From the NCBI GenBank assembly GCA_017610175.1, contig JAFCCO010000001.1:86213-150212 (forward strand): a stretch of DNA of 64,000 nucleotides, in the 5' to 3' direction. The translations under genes were made by a program, and so were the position numbers. The DNA comes from Candidatus Iainarchaeum sp. (GTDB lineage: Archaea; Iainarchaeota; Iainarchaeia; Iainarchaeales; GCA-2688035). The notes under the pieces were generated by a model. The model made no database searches. It had not been told where the DNA came from and was given only the letters and a program-made list of their open reading frames with translations. Position 1 is the first letter of the stretch, and every line of letters starts with the position of its first letter. Positions 47,901 through 57,400 of the stretch are shown in pieces.

Positions 47901-50900
47901 GCCTGAGGCTGAGTATCCTGAGCCTGTTCCACCGTATGGGTTGGATGCATCTGATTGGTAATAGCCCTGGTTTTGGTTTCCATAAGGGCTGTTGTATTGC
48001 CCTGAGCCTGCAAACCCTGTTGCATTGTGTGTTTCGTATGGGGAGTATGATTCAGGCGTTCCTGTTGGTGCTGTGCCGCTTGGTGTGTAACCGCCGCCGT
48101 TTGCAAACAGTGCGGTGTTTGTGTTTTGTGCCGCAAAGTTCATTTGGCCTGATGGCCTGCCTGGAATCTGGCATTTGAATTCAATTATCCTGTCTGTTTT
48201 TTCAAGGAATACTCCGGCATCATAGCAATAGTTGTATATTTTTGCGGGCACTGGCTTTCCTATAAAGTTGTTCAGGCTTATTTCGGTTGGGGATAGCTTT
48301 ATGCAGTCCTCGTCTATTTCATCAGGGCGCTTTACTATCACGTTAACGCTTGCAATCTTTGTGTACTTGTCTTTGCTTCCGCTTGCCCTTGCGTTTACAT
48401 TGAGTTTGTACTTGCCCATTCTGTAGCCTGATTCAATCTCAACATCTTTTGTTTCCTGTGGGTCAAGCGAGAATTTGTTTTCTGCCGCTTTAATCATCGC
48501 ATCCGCTTCAAGGTCAAGTTCTACCGCAATTGTGCAGGTGTTTTCAATCCTGATTGAGTTTTCCCCAAGCCCGTATCTCCATGAGTCCTCTTCGCCCCTG
48601 TCGTAATAGTTTGTCCTGAACGGGCTGTCAAAGTTACTGTTGGGGTATGTTCCTGCAAAACCTCCTGAGTAACCTCCGCCGCCGCTGTATCCTCCGAATC
48701 CACCTTGGGCGTATCCATTATACCCGAAGTTTGCAAAGTTTCCATAGCCTGTGTTCCAGGGTGTTGTGCGAATTTCAACCGGGTCAGGTGCAAGGACCTT
48801 TAGGCACTTGGATAGGTTGCTTATGAATACATTTGTCTTGATTTTTGTTTCGACTTCCTCTTTTCCGTTGAGGGTTTTGTTTTCCGCCTGCAGAACAATT
48901 TGGTATTCTGCCTCTTCGCTGTCTATTTCCGGGTTTGGCGTGAATTCAATTTCAATGTCTCCTTCGAAATCTGCCGGGAGCTGCGGGACAATTACATCAA
49001 AGTCATCCCCTATTTCAATCTCTTCCGCGTCCTCTATGTCTTCACTTCTGAGCTTGAATGTTCCAATAAGGTTTTCCTCTTCGCTTTGGATTTTTGCGGA
49101 GAAGTTTCTTAGGGGGATGGCTATTCCTCCAACAGTGCATGTGTTTGTAATTTTTATTCCTATTTTCTTTGTTTTGCTGCCGTCTGTTATGACTTCCCAC
49201 ACTGCCGGGTCTGCTCGGATGCAGTCTGAGTCATCCACTTCGTCTCCGAAGCCTACCCTTATTTCAAGCGGTATGTCTGTGACAAACAGGGCGTCAATTC
49301 CCTCTGCCTTGGTTTCGAACACAATTGATCCGTTGAGCTTTGTCGGCTCGTCTATCAAAAAGCCTTCTTCTGTGAGCTTTATTGTAATAAACATGTTTGC
49401 GTCTGAGTTGACAGGCAGGTTCTTTTCTGATGGCAGGTCAAGTTTGAATTCAACAAGGTCCCGGAAGTCATTTGATACCGTTATGTCTTCAACCGATTGT
49501 GCCAGAGCCGTCATGTTGCTTATTAAAATCCCTATCCTGCTTTCAAAGTCTATTGGGTTAAGTTTTGCCTTGATTTTGGGTGGAGTTATGAGGAGAATGC
49601 TGTCGTCAATTGCAATTTCAACATTTGTTGCAAGGTAGCCGTTCTTTGAGGCCTTAATCTCAAGGGTTGTGCCAGGGCTTGGTGCCTCTATTTCAAAGCT
49701 TGTTTCCCCTAATGCATTTGTCTGCCCGCTGAACAGCACGTCTTCCTCAAACTTTGCCGTAACAATTGCATTGCTTATTGCATTTCCGTCGTCGTCGCTG
49801 ACCTTTACCACAAGCAAATTGTCTATTAAGGGAATTATTTCGCGCGGGAGGACATCTATTTGCAGTTGTTCTGCGGCGTCAACGCGAACGTTTATTGCCT
49901 CGTCAAAGATTGGCGCCTGCTCGCTCTTTATTATGATTGTGAATTTGTTGCTTCCCTCTTTTTCGGTTACAAATTCAATCTGACCTGTTATTTCGCTTCC
50001 CTTGTTGATTGTTCCAACCGTTTTTGAGAGAGAGTATGCTTCTGCAACCCCCTGTGAAGCGCTTCCAAGTGCGTCAAGAACCTTGTAGTTTGTAAAGAAC
50101 AATCCGTCGCTTTCGCTTCCGAATTCAATTTCCGACTCAGGCAGCGGCTTTTTTCCAATGCTGCTTATTGAGAAGTGCAGTTTGTAGCGGTTTGAGATTG
50201 TTGCAGGGTACTCTGTTACAACATTGAGCTTTGTTTTCTTGCTTAGGTCCTCAATTGTAAAGGTCCTGCAGAAGAATGAATCGCACATGCTTGTTGGGCC
50301 AAGTGTGAATATTTCAACGTTTGCGTTTGCGTAAAGCGAGTGCTTTGATGCCGTTGACTCGTTTTCCTGCAAATCGCTGTCTCTTGGGAACCGCACATAG
50401 CTTCCTGTTTTGCCCCATGCCCTGTAAGCCATTTTGAGCTGTGTCCCAAGCGGCACGCTTTCCTTAATCTGGACTTTTGCTTCAATTTCGTAAACTCCCT
50501 GCGTTATGTCCTTCCACTCAACGCTTGCCCATTTTGCGTTTCCGCCGCTTAAGTGCTTGCTGTCCTCTGCGTAATTGTTTTGGGGTGAGTAAGAGCGCCC
50601 TCTTTTAATGTTCAGGGATGAAACCAACACTTCTTTTATGTATAAGTCGTCTTCTTCCATTGTGTTTATTCTTCCGTCCTGGCTGTTTCCAGTCCTAAGG
50701 TGTATTCCTGCCTTGTTGAACTGGCTTCCTTTTGGAACCTTCAGCAGGAATTTTGCAATATACTCCTGCCCTGATGTGACTGTTCTTCCAATTGTTTGCT
50801 CTGTGCCCTGGAACATTCCGACAAATTCAATTTCAAGCTTTGCCGCGTCCTTTACAAGCCTTACCTCTTTCACCGTTTTTGCGCCTGCGTCGGCCTTCAG

Positions 50901-52631
50901 TGAGGTTGTGTTAAATTCCATATAGTCGTCCGCGTCTATTTTGAAGAAGATTTTCTTGTCTGCGCGCACGTTGAATGAGGCCTTTCCCTCAAGGTCTGTT
51001 ATTCCGTCTCCGATTTCCCTTTCCTCTGAAACAAGGTTGTGCAGTTCAACCAAAGCACCCTGCACAGGCTCTCCCTCTTCGTCAAGCACAACAAGCTCTA
51101 TATCCCCGTAGCCAATATCCAGTATAATAATTACCTTGTTTTCCTGCCTTGCCTTGATTGTAAGGGGTGTGCTGTTTTTGCCTTCAAAGCCCTTCTTTAC
51201 TGCATAAACGTAGAATGTTTCAAGCGGCAAGTCCGGGAACTCTGCTTTCCCGTCAAACCCTGTTGTTTTAGGGGCTCCAACCATGCTTCCGTCTGCCTTT
51301 TTTAGAATAAGCTTTACCCCGTCAATTGGGTTTCCCCTTGAGTCCTTTGATTCAACCAAAAGGGTCTGGCTGTTTGAGCTTGTTGCAGGCTCAAGCACTA
51401 TGTGGTTTGTGCTTTCCGAGGGGGCAATGTTGCTTACCGTTGCTATAATGTATCCGGGGTGGTTTATTTCAAGGTCAAATGCGATGTTTTCCTGCACATT
51501 GAATTCAACCTTTCCGTCACTGCCTGTGTAATCCTCTCGCCTGATTGTGTTGTCTTTTTTTACCTTAACCGTTGCGTTTTCAATTGGAAGCCCTGTTTCT
51601 GAGTCCTTTACGTCAACTTTAATTGTTCCTGCAACGCTTTCGCTGAGTGTAATGTTAAATTCAAGCGTTTGCTCTGATGAAAGGCCCTTTGTGCCCTCAA
51701 TAAGGCTTGAATCAAAGTCTGCGTACCTTGACTGCCTGTCCCCGACTATTACCGAATAGTCTCCTGTGGGAACTTCGGTAAATGTTGCCGTACCGGAATC
51801 CCCTGTGTACTCTGTCATAAGCGGTATTCCGTCTTTTCTGATAAGCCTTACTTCTGCCCCAGCAATCGTTGCGGCATCTGAGTCCTTTACGTGGACAAGA
51901 ACTGTTCCTGTTTCAACAGCCTCTGCCTCAAGCAGGAGTTCTGGTGCTGAATCGTCAAGGCTTATTGTTGGGTCATCAATTGTAAATCCTGAAACCGGGT
52001 TTGCAACAAGGTTTCCGCAGTCTCCGGGGACTTCAAGTGCTATTTCACCTGAGGTGCTTGTTTTTCTCTCCGAGAAGTCGCTGTCCTCGTTTGAACAGCT
52101 GAAGTCAATTGTAACCTCTGAAAGCAGCTTTGAGTTTGTGCCGCTGTCCTTTAGCATTATGATTTTTGAAAAGCTTTCAAGTTCCTTAATCAGCACAAGC
52201 GCCTTGTCAATTGTTCCGGCTCCTGCGGTAAAGTCCAATTCCTGTTTGCCAAAACCCGCCTTTTCAACGGTTCCCGTGATTTTTGCGCCGGCAGGCACAA
52301 CAAATGAAAGTTTTCCGTCTGCGCCCGTAATGTCTGATGCCTGCTTTCCGGCAAAGAACAGTGTTACTGTTGCGCCCTCGAGCGGCGAGCCATCAATCTT
52401 GTCTGTCACAACCATGTTTATGTTTGAGGTTGGTGCGACAATTCCGACAAGCAGGAATGCAAATAAGATGAATAATATTACTATTGCTCCGGTAATGATT
52501 GGGAATGAGGGGAGGTTGTTGGCTTCAATTGCATCCACTACCTTGTAGATGGGTATTCCTTTTTTATCAAGCCAGTCTATTGTGGCATAATATTTGTCCT
52601 CTGCCTGAAAATAGAGCCCCTTCAAGTCCAT
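44940..52631 (-). CDS. Giant membrane-anchored surface protein, paralog 2 (2563 aa)
   Basis: Same N-motif and arm; Gly/Tyr-rich low-complexity inserts; FCDAVQF and LIKDGY blocks. Confidence 0.9.
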   Translation of the reverse strand: MDLKGLYFQAEDKYYATIDWLDKKGIPIYKVVDAIEANNLPSFPIITGAIVILFILFAFLLVGIVAPTSNINMVVTDKIDGSPLEGATVTLFFAGKQASDITGADGKLSFVVPAGAKITGTVEKAGFGKQELDFTAGAGTIDKALVLIKELESFSKIIMLKDSGTNSKLLSEVTIDFSCSNEDSDFSERKTSTSGEIALEVPGDCGNLVANPVSGFTIDDPTISLDDSAPELLLEAEAVETGTVLVHVKDSDAATIAGAEVRLIRKDGIPLMTEYTGDSGTATFTEVPTGDYSVIVGDRQSRYADFDSSLIEGTKGLSSEQTLEFNITLSESVAGTIKVDVKDSETGLPIENATVKVKKDNTIRREDYTGSDGKVEFNVQENIAFDLEINHPGYIIATVSNIAPSESTNHIVLEPATSSNSQTLLVESKDSRGNPIDGVKLILKKADGSMVGAPKTTGFDGKAEFPDLPLETFYVYAVKKGFEGKNSTPLTIKARQENKVIIILDIGYGDIELVVLDEEGEPVQGALVELHNLVSEEREIGDGITDLEGKASFNVRADKKIFFKIDADDYMEFNTTSLKADAGAKTVKEVRLVKDAAKLEIEFVGMFQGTEQTIGRTVTSGQEYIAKFLLKVPKGSQFNKAGIHLRTGNSQDGRINTMEEDDLYIKEVLVSSLNIKRGRSYSPQNNYAEDSKHLSGGNAKWASVEWKDITQGVYEIEAKVQIKESVPLGTQLKMAYRAWGKTGSYVRFPRDSDLQENESTASKHSLYANANVEIFTLGPTSMCDSFFCRTFTIEDLSKKTKLNVVTEYPATISNRYKLHFSISSIGKKPLPESEIEFGSESDGLFFTNYKVLDALGSASQGVAEAYSLSKTVGTINKGSEITGQIEFVTEKEGSNKFTIIIKSEQAPIFDEAINVRVDAAEQLQIDVLPREIIPLIDNLLVVKVSDDDGNAISNAIVTAKFEEDVLFSGQTNALGETSFEIEAPSPGTTLEIKASKNGYLATNVEIAIDDSILLITPPKIKAKLNPIDFESRIGILISNMTALAQSVEDITVSNDFRDLVEFKLDLPSEKNLPVNSDANMFITIKLTEEGFLIDEPTKLNGSIVFETKAEGIDALFVTDIPLEIRVGFGDEVDDSDCIRADPAVWEVITDGSKTKKIGIKITNTCTVGGIAIPLRNFSAKIQSEEENLIGTFKLRSEDIEDAEEIEIGDDFDVIVPQLPADFEGDIEIEFTPNPEIDSEEAEYQIVLQAENKTLNGKEEVETKIKTNVFISNLSKCLKVLAPDPVEIRTTPWNTGYGNFANFGYNGYAQGGFGGYSGGGGYSGGFAGTYPNSNFDSPFRTNYYDRGEEDSWRYGLGENSIRIENTCTIAVELDLEADAMIKAAENKFSLDPQETKDVEIESGYRMGKYKLNVNARASGSKDKYTKIASVNVIVKRPDEIDEDCIKLSPTEISLNNFIGKPVPAKIYNYCYDAGVFLEKTDRIIEFKCQIPGRPSGQMNFAAQNTNTALFANGGGYTPSGTAPTGTPESYSPYETHNATGFAGSGQYNSPYGNQNQGYYQSDASNPYGGTGSGYSASGTEGACPVISGVYINDETKQTGEDGKTIQIIEYEVKPNIQYRQQLCQTSGELPFQSLFGLRMTASSAYYRTTIRASAQVKYSTAFGQSDTAFFRVMLQDTWGLGETIDACIKNAAKQNPQGELAERMTGDGSCWLNDPLACINTDALDFTKVYAGSTPTGFVPQKNIPGGRGTVEPAPKMMKLARNLCGFNDRIIEVSIAQSDSGGVKLTPSITDSGHNIAIKIDASALPYKCAKISTSITAKLKRDCWPAPREFSIPLKLNVLHKDFKIGSDSVVGCETAQIGTVGPKPPTNGEIIACPQGQSGSAIYTKYGFDKIKWDWSKDLHDDKYICDRIAGKDGLEAINTFCDAVQFSIEVNKKAKEIKDKIKTGSEKWETELINNEEVVKAATGKSGNDLTNIKNTENLFRWAKKQIVVDEDVKDKKIAFFLGTDGKPLSETNEKILANVKAAFANVPTLPTDKSKLFEYLTKTNEAIGKINDSYTGLILSTVSKDLACEDAAKYKAQCEAIGIDKVETSTEPFADYVITLNEYERLHDKMWKALDSKDKCFEAMACTGTAIDLSSDAAPKVDKTKAKCCKVDLSTTAKDVPISVDFLKELLTKMDGFTVAEQHKDKMDEESVTNAFEKAANIKSDWKVKELFDKDVNFFAYLIKDGYTSALRTDFAAKYDNVEYAKWKISGDIKAGLFNVFINYNWANDEFELKFEEEQRLAKISADYAKNPLFEIPIDGKVADAAKKRVGYGTALKNADRTLFIKTGIDAQDPNRVEVKALAATEAMKEFTFTTNTTVTGSADGKVLAISGNTFEFRPSYPVVVAAEMVSRDGQEGLLYDLPVPGGLLSTSRTEKMASLIEWSGIGKDSRIQHIVAQRELCNGVGQDYFGFKKDLATATSVKGIMFIPYEMKTNLEIKCAQGGAKVSASVRGQPTGSVTVAGTQELKTAAVGITPTGNKEEQYSLDSLLKEIKTGNICITEIESNKLGLQWNKTQLLK

Positions 52632-52750
52632 GGTTTGTTCACTTAATAACTCTATATTATTATTGCATTCCGTCCTTTATTAAGTTAATCCCGCAATGAT
52701 TCGTTAAAGAATAGGTGCTCCTTATTTAAATGCTTTTTGCTTGCAAAAAA

Positions 52751-54406
52751 TCAGTTTACGGCGCAGCCCAAAGCATTCTTGTAATCCCTGTCAAGGTGGG
52801 TTGTGCAGGTCCAGCCCGAATCCAGACTGCAGCTTGTTGTTTCAGGTCCTTTTGAAAACATGCAGTTGCTTCCAACACTTCCCTGCTCCCAGTTTGCGGT
52901 AAACGGTTCGAATGTTGTGTCAAGCAAAGTTATGCTGTAAATCTTGGTTTCAGGGGTCGTCTTGTCCACCATGTAAGTGGGATTGTTTTCCTTAAACCAG
53001 AGCTTTACTTTTACTGTGTCAACCTCTGTGCAGTAGGCTTGCCCTCCGCTTGAGGCTGTGCCTGAGCAGGGCAAGTCAACAATGTTTAGGCTTGGCGTTT
53101 TTAGCTCACCGCCCTGGCGGAACATTCCAATTTTGTTCTCCGGTTCCCGCGGGCAAGATTCTGGTGAATAGCCGCCGGAGCTTCCTCCAACGTTCCCCCC
53201 AGGGGTTGAATCGTCGTTTAGTTGGATTATGTTTTTTGAAATCATTGATTCCGGAATCACTATTAGCTCGCGGATGTAACTGCATTGGGGTCCCCCGACA
53301 ATGTCAAAGCTGTCGTTCGGGTCTGCGTCAAGCCAGCCGTTTGAAACCGAGTCTTCTGCAATGCCGCAAACCATTTTGTTTATCATGTTTCGCATGACTG
53401 TTTCCATACTGTCTGCGGCTCCGCTGTCAGGGTCTGCTGCATTGTACTGCCCTGAAAAACTGCTTGTTGAAACTGAAACAATTACATCATCTCCCCGTAT
53501 TGAGTCCCCTGGGCAGGCCATGCCGCCGTAGCTGTTTGTGCTTGGTTTGGTGAAGGGGTTTCCCCTTGGATTGCACACTCCCTTGTCGCACAGCCCAATC
53601 CCCATTTCCTCAATCATGTTGTGTGCGCGTGCCGAAAAGAGCCCCTTGTCGCTTGAACTGTTTATTGCTCCGTTTACCAGGGGGTAGTGTGCAAGTGCAC
53701 GTGCTTCTGCCAGGGCCTTAAAAACACGAAGTGGCACGTAAATTCTGAAATTTGCGCGCGGAAGAATTATTTCCTTTATTTCGTCGCCTGTTGATTTGTT
53801 TAGAACAGTAATTCTTGGCAGCATTTCATATTCTGCCTCGGTTAATTTTGCAACCTTTAAGTTAACATAGAAGGTTCCTTTCGGGCAGTTTCTTGGGTCC
53901 CCGGTCGGGCATTCAACAATCTCAAAGAAGTCGTCCTCTGCAACACTTTTCTCTGTCAGGTTTTTTAGAATTTCCTCAAGGCTTTCTTCCCCCTCAAGCT
54001 TTACGGCATAGTTTCCAAAGTGTGCCTCTCCTGAAAAAAGTTTTTTCAATGTTGACGCCGTGAACTTTGCAAACTCCCTTCCTTCCGTTCCGCCAAACTT
54101 TGCCTCGGCAAAATCCCTTTTTATCTGGTCCCAGCTTTTTTCAGAGAGGTCGAGCGTTATTCCGCCTGTTGCGGGATTTGTCATCCAGTTTTCAATTTCC
54201 TTTCGCAGGCCGTAGTTAAAGACCTGGATTGCGTCAGAGCGGGCCATGTCGGCAACGGCCTGCAGCTCAGCCATCCTTTGCTCCTGTGTAATCCTTGTGG
54301 CAGCACTTCGCTCGCTTTGGATCATTCCATTAATCAAGAGAACACTTAGGGCTATTAGGACAAACGCGACCAAAGCGGTAAAGAGGTTGAATCCGCGTTG
54401 TTTCAC
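52751..54406 (-). CDS. Pilin-like protein with a class III (prepilin)-type signal peptide and Cys-rich C-terminus
   Basis: MKQRG|FNLFTALVAFVLIALSVLLI, followed by a long helix and many Cys. Confidence 0.7.
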   Translation of the reverse strand: MKQRGFNLFTALVAFVLIALSVLLINGMIQSERSAATRITQEQRMAELQAVADMARSDAIQVFNYGLRKEIENWMTNPATGGITLDLSEKSWDQIKRDFAEAKFGGTEGREFAKFTASTLKKLFSGEAHFGNYAVKLEGEESLEEILKNLTEKSVAEDDFFEIVECPTGDPRNCPKGTFYVNLKVAKLTEAEYEMLPRITVLNKSTGDEIKEIILPRANFRIYVPLRVFKALAEARALAHYPLVNGAINSSSDKGLFSARAHNMIEEMGIGLCDKGVCNPRGNPFTKPSTNSYGGMACPGDSIRGDDVIVSVSTSSFSGQYNAADPDSGAADSMETVMRNMINKMVCGIAEDSVSNGWLDADPNDSFDIVGGPQCSYIRELIVIPESMISKNIIQLNDDSTPGGNVGGSSGGYSPESCPREPENKIGMFRQGGELKTPSLNIVDLPCSGTASSGGQAYCTEVDTVKVKLWFKENNPTYMVDKTTPETKIYSITLLDTTFEPFTANWEQGSVGSNCMFSKGPETTSCSLDSGWTCTTHLDRDYKNALGCAVN

Positions 54407-54418
54407 TAAATCACCGGC

Positions 54419-57400
54419 TTAGCTGCTGCTCACTTTAAGCTTTGGAAGCTCGTTCCAGGCTTTGAATGTTTTATTTAGCGTGTCTGCTTTGAGTTTGTGT
54501 GCCTGTGCGAATTTTTCAAGAGTGCACTCGTGTGTTGAGCAGTCTTTCTGCATTGTTTTAAGCTCTGTTGCTATTGCTTCAAGCTGCCCGTCAAAGTCCG
54601 GCATTCTGTGCGTGTTTGATTCAAACATTGCTGTTAAGAGCACTGCGAGATCAAGACTGTGCTTTTCCTGCACTGCCAGAATCTTTTCTGTGTTCTCCGG
54701 CTTGAGGTAGAACATTGCCCTGTTCACTCCAACAACTCTTGCGTTCTCTGCGCTGATTATGTATGGCCCGAACATTTCCTGCACTCCGCGCTGCGCAAAC
54801 TTGCCCTGGCAGTCTCCCTCGATTAGCTCTGCCTTGTTTGTCTGCAGCAGTGTGTTCATTGTCTTAAAGCTTAGCGGGCCTGTTCCTATGACTACTTTTT
54901 TGATTTCCCACACTGTGTTTTTCGGGGTGCGTTCTATAATGTCAATTCTGTAGGTGGAGCCGTTGAATAAATCATTGTCTATTATGCTTCCACAGTCTTC
55001 ATCCACCCTGTCGTCTCCGTCGTTGTCGCGGCCGTCGCATATCTCTTCATCTGTTTGCCCGTCGCCGTCATTGTCTTCTCCGTCTCCAATTGTCCCTAAG
55101 TTAACACTTAGTTTTGGAACATCCGGGTTTTGCAGCGGGTCCGAAAACATTCCTTCCCAGTACACCCTGCTTCCAATGTATCCGCCAAGCTGCCCGGCGG
55201 CTGCTATGCCCAGTCCTTTAAGCATGCTTTTTGCGAAGCTCCAGCTGAATATTCCTTTGAAGAAAGACTTTAGCCTGCCTGGTTTTATGACCTTTCCGGC
55301 ATCGTCCAGACTTTCGGTTCCTGCTTTTCTAATTGCCTCTTTTATTGTGTCGTCAATTGAGTCGTCAATTACCTGGGCACCAATCTTAATTCTGTTTGGT
55401 CCGACTCCGTTTCTTCCAATATCATCTAACACATCGCTGCTTATTCTTGCGGCATCATCCGGGTCTATAATTCTTGGTTTGTGTTTAGTGCTCCATTTAT
55501 TTTTCCCTGTTTGTATTCTTTCTGTTGCTCCACCCTCTGGAACATTAGCCCTTAATGTCTTTTCAACTTCTGGGCGCATTTTCCCTTGTAAATCCCTAAC
55601 AAATGCTTCACTGTCCGGGAATCCCGCATCCCGTACCATTTTGTTGTATTTGGTTGGGCCCATACTGTTTTCCAATTCTGATGCTGTGCGTTTTGCCAAG
55701 TCTGTTGTATAATCGGTTACCATGCGTGAGCCGGGCCTTCCAACCGCATCGTATGAAATTGTTCTTGACCCCATTCTTTGCCCTGTGCCGTTTGCGACAT
55801 TTTGGGTAAAGCCGGTTTCAATGTTGCGGGTTACTCTTCCAATGTCTGTTGCATCGGGTTCAATCATCCCTGCAAGCTGTCTGTTTGGCAGCATTTGTGA
55901 TCTTCTTACCCTTTCTATAAGTGCCGTTCCCACATCTCCGCTGGCATCGTTAATTGCTCTTGTTGCAGGCCCGGTGATAAGGTCATCAACACTTGCGGCA
56001 CCCCTGCTTACGGTGGTTGTAAATTCTCGCCTAAGCGGGCCCCTGAATGTAGTGGCTAGTTCATCAACTGTTTGCTGGTATAATGCTGGATTGTTTCCTG
56101 TTGAAAAGGCGTTTTTAACCGTTTCTTCAGCAAGATAGTCTGCGGCGGCATCCGCCAGTTTGGTTGCTTGGGCTGCATTGCTTATCATGGCTCCTGCGGG
56201 CATTCCGGCCCTTCCGCTTATCACAAAGTTGCGTAAGCCGCTTGTAACTACTCCGGCTTTTATTGCACGCGAACCTGATTCGGATACCCATTCCTGTTGC
56301 GCCTGTTCTAATTCTTTGTATGACTGACCAAGCTTTGTTTGCTGTGCACTTGCCTGAGGCACGGCCTGTGTTTTGGATATGTCGTATTCACCCCTAACCC
56401 AGTCCCACATGTCTGTGAAAAATCCGCCAATGCTGTCCAGTACCTGGCCTCCGAGTTGTGTTTCCCTTGCGGCCATGTATGCTCCTGGGAGAATACAGTC
56501 AAATAATATGTTGAATCCGGCAGCAATCCACCCGATTCCCGGAACGGCTGCGGATGCAAGCCCGTCTAACACAACGCATCCTGCGGTCCACATTCCAATT
56601 CCCTTAAGCCTTGAGCTCTGCATGTAGTCCTGCCAAACCTGCTGCTTGTCAAGCGGCACTCCTGATCCGCCCGGGGCTGTAACCATCTTGCCCAAGGTGT
56701 CAAGCGTTTTGTTGTTGTGCAGTGCAATTATTACATCCTTTAGCCTTATTTTGTCGGGCGGGCTTCTCCAGCCGAGTGTTGCATAATATGTGCCTGGTTC
56801 CTTGTTTCCAAGTTTTTCAAATAAGTCATAGGGGTGTATTCCGCAGGCCTCAATTTTTGTTTCAAACGGCGGGTCTGTTTCAGGGTTTGGAATGTCTTTC
56901 TTTATGCTGTTTGCCCAGACCTTGATTGTTCCGATGTTTTCTGCCGCAAGCGGGAACAGGTTGTCTCCCTCTGCGCAGAGCTGAACCTCTGCGGTGTACA
57001 GCTTTGCCTTGTCTGATTGCTTTGAGAGCTTGATGCTCTTGTTTTCGCCGATTGTTCCGTTGACTTTTTCCTCGTAAAGAAGGTCGCCCTTTGAATTCCT
57101 TATCCTTACAGCCTTGATTCCTGTCTTGTTCACCGAGTCCTTGTAGCTTGTCCTGAATTTTACCTCGTCCTCAATCTTCCTTGTTACATTTACGTCAATG
57201 CATGTTTCTTGGTTGCTTATTTTAAGCGATTTGAATGATGATTTTATTTCAAGCTTTCCGTAGAGCTTTTCAGTGAACTCTGTTTCCTCTATGATAAAGT
57301 AGAGTGGCGGGTCGTTGGGGTCAATGCATCCCTTTATGTTCCCGCTTTTGAGTGCTGAAACAGCTTCTGCCGCTTCCTTTGCAAGCTTCTTCAGGTCTGA

